From positions 12,276,001 to 12,340,000 of the forward strand of contig OX597820.1 in NCBI GenBank assembly GCA_951406725.2: a stretch of DNA of 64,000 bases, given 5' to 3'. Made by a program: the position numbers and the translations under genes. Source of the DNA: Octopus vulgaris (taxonomy: Eukaryota). Below the pieces are notes generated by a model. That model saw only the letters and a program-made list of their open reading frames with translations. It was not told the origin of the DNA and ran no database searches. Positions 63,573 through 64,000 of the stretch are shown here, in pieces (the stretch's first letter is position 1; each line of letters starts with the position of its first letter).

Positions 63573-64000
63573 TATGTATGAAAGGGAGGGAAAACTACAA
63601 ATATTAGTACACTTTTCAAGACAGGATTGTCATGGGGAACTTTGCACTAAGTTAAATGAACGATAAATTGCGCCCCCGTAGTTTCTTTTGGGTCAGAACA
63701 GAATTGAAAAAACGAGAGAATGGCGTTGGCAGATTTTATTTGTATCATGTACATCCTTGTCATTGAGTATCTCTGTAGATTTTAATCAAGCAGAGCTGCT
63801 GTAGATATAATCATCTCTATTAGAGACACAGCGGCTAAAAAAATTTAGGGAGGTGTTTTAGTTAATTACATCAATCTCGCACCTCATCAGGTACGTATTT
63901 CAATGTAAAACAAAGTTAATTACGGCGGAATTTCAACTATCCGCGTGTCTCTGTCTACCTTCTATTTATACATGTATACTCACACACACACACACACACT

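Larger units (their letters stand above)
61340..63575 (-). mobile_element. Penelope-like retroelement, Neptune type, 5'-truncated
   Basis: RT-linker-GIY-YIG ORF, low-complexity 3' UTR and a hammerhead-bearing terminal region ending in (TA)n. Markedly more GC-rich than the flanks. Confidence 0.95.

Overview
AT-rich, microsatellite-dense eukaryotic DNA. The SINE repertoire (tRNA-headed CORE-like, Meta-like and OR-type families) points to a cephalopod, probably Octopus; this is an inference from remembered repeat consensus sequences, not a database result. I found no convincing host gene, rRNA, true tRNA gene or CRISPR array, and almost all ORFs in the track are microsatellite or SINE artefacts. 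The window is a layered transposon graveyard. The only long intact reading frame is a 5'-truncated Neptune-type Penelope-like element (PLE; RT + Cys linker + GIY-YIG) at 61.3-63.6 kb. Also present: older PLE relics, R4/Dong LINEs and a ~560-bp non-autonomous element stacked in (TAA)n tracts, RTE and CR1-like LINE pieces, maT (DD37D), mariner, Tc1 and hAT DNA transposon relics, two non-autonomous Helitrons, a Helentron-type element with a nested LINE derivative, and more than 20 SINE copies. The most notable signal is a set of seven minimal type I hammerhead-ribozyme-like motifs at five loci in PLE-type terminal repeats. Some have non-canonical cores, and two loci are head-to-head fold-backs with the ribozyme next to the symmetry axis. 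Boundaries of decayed elements are approximate.
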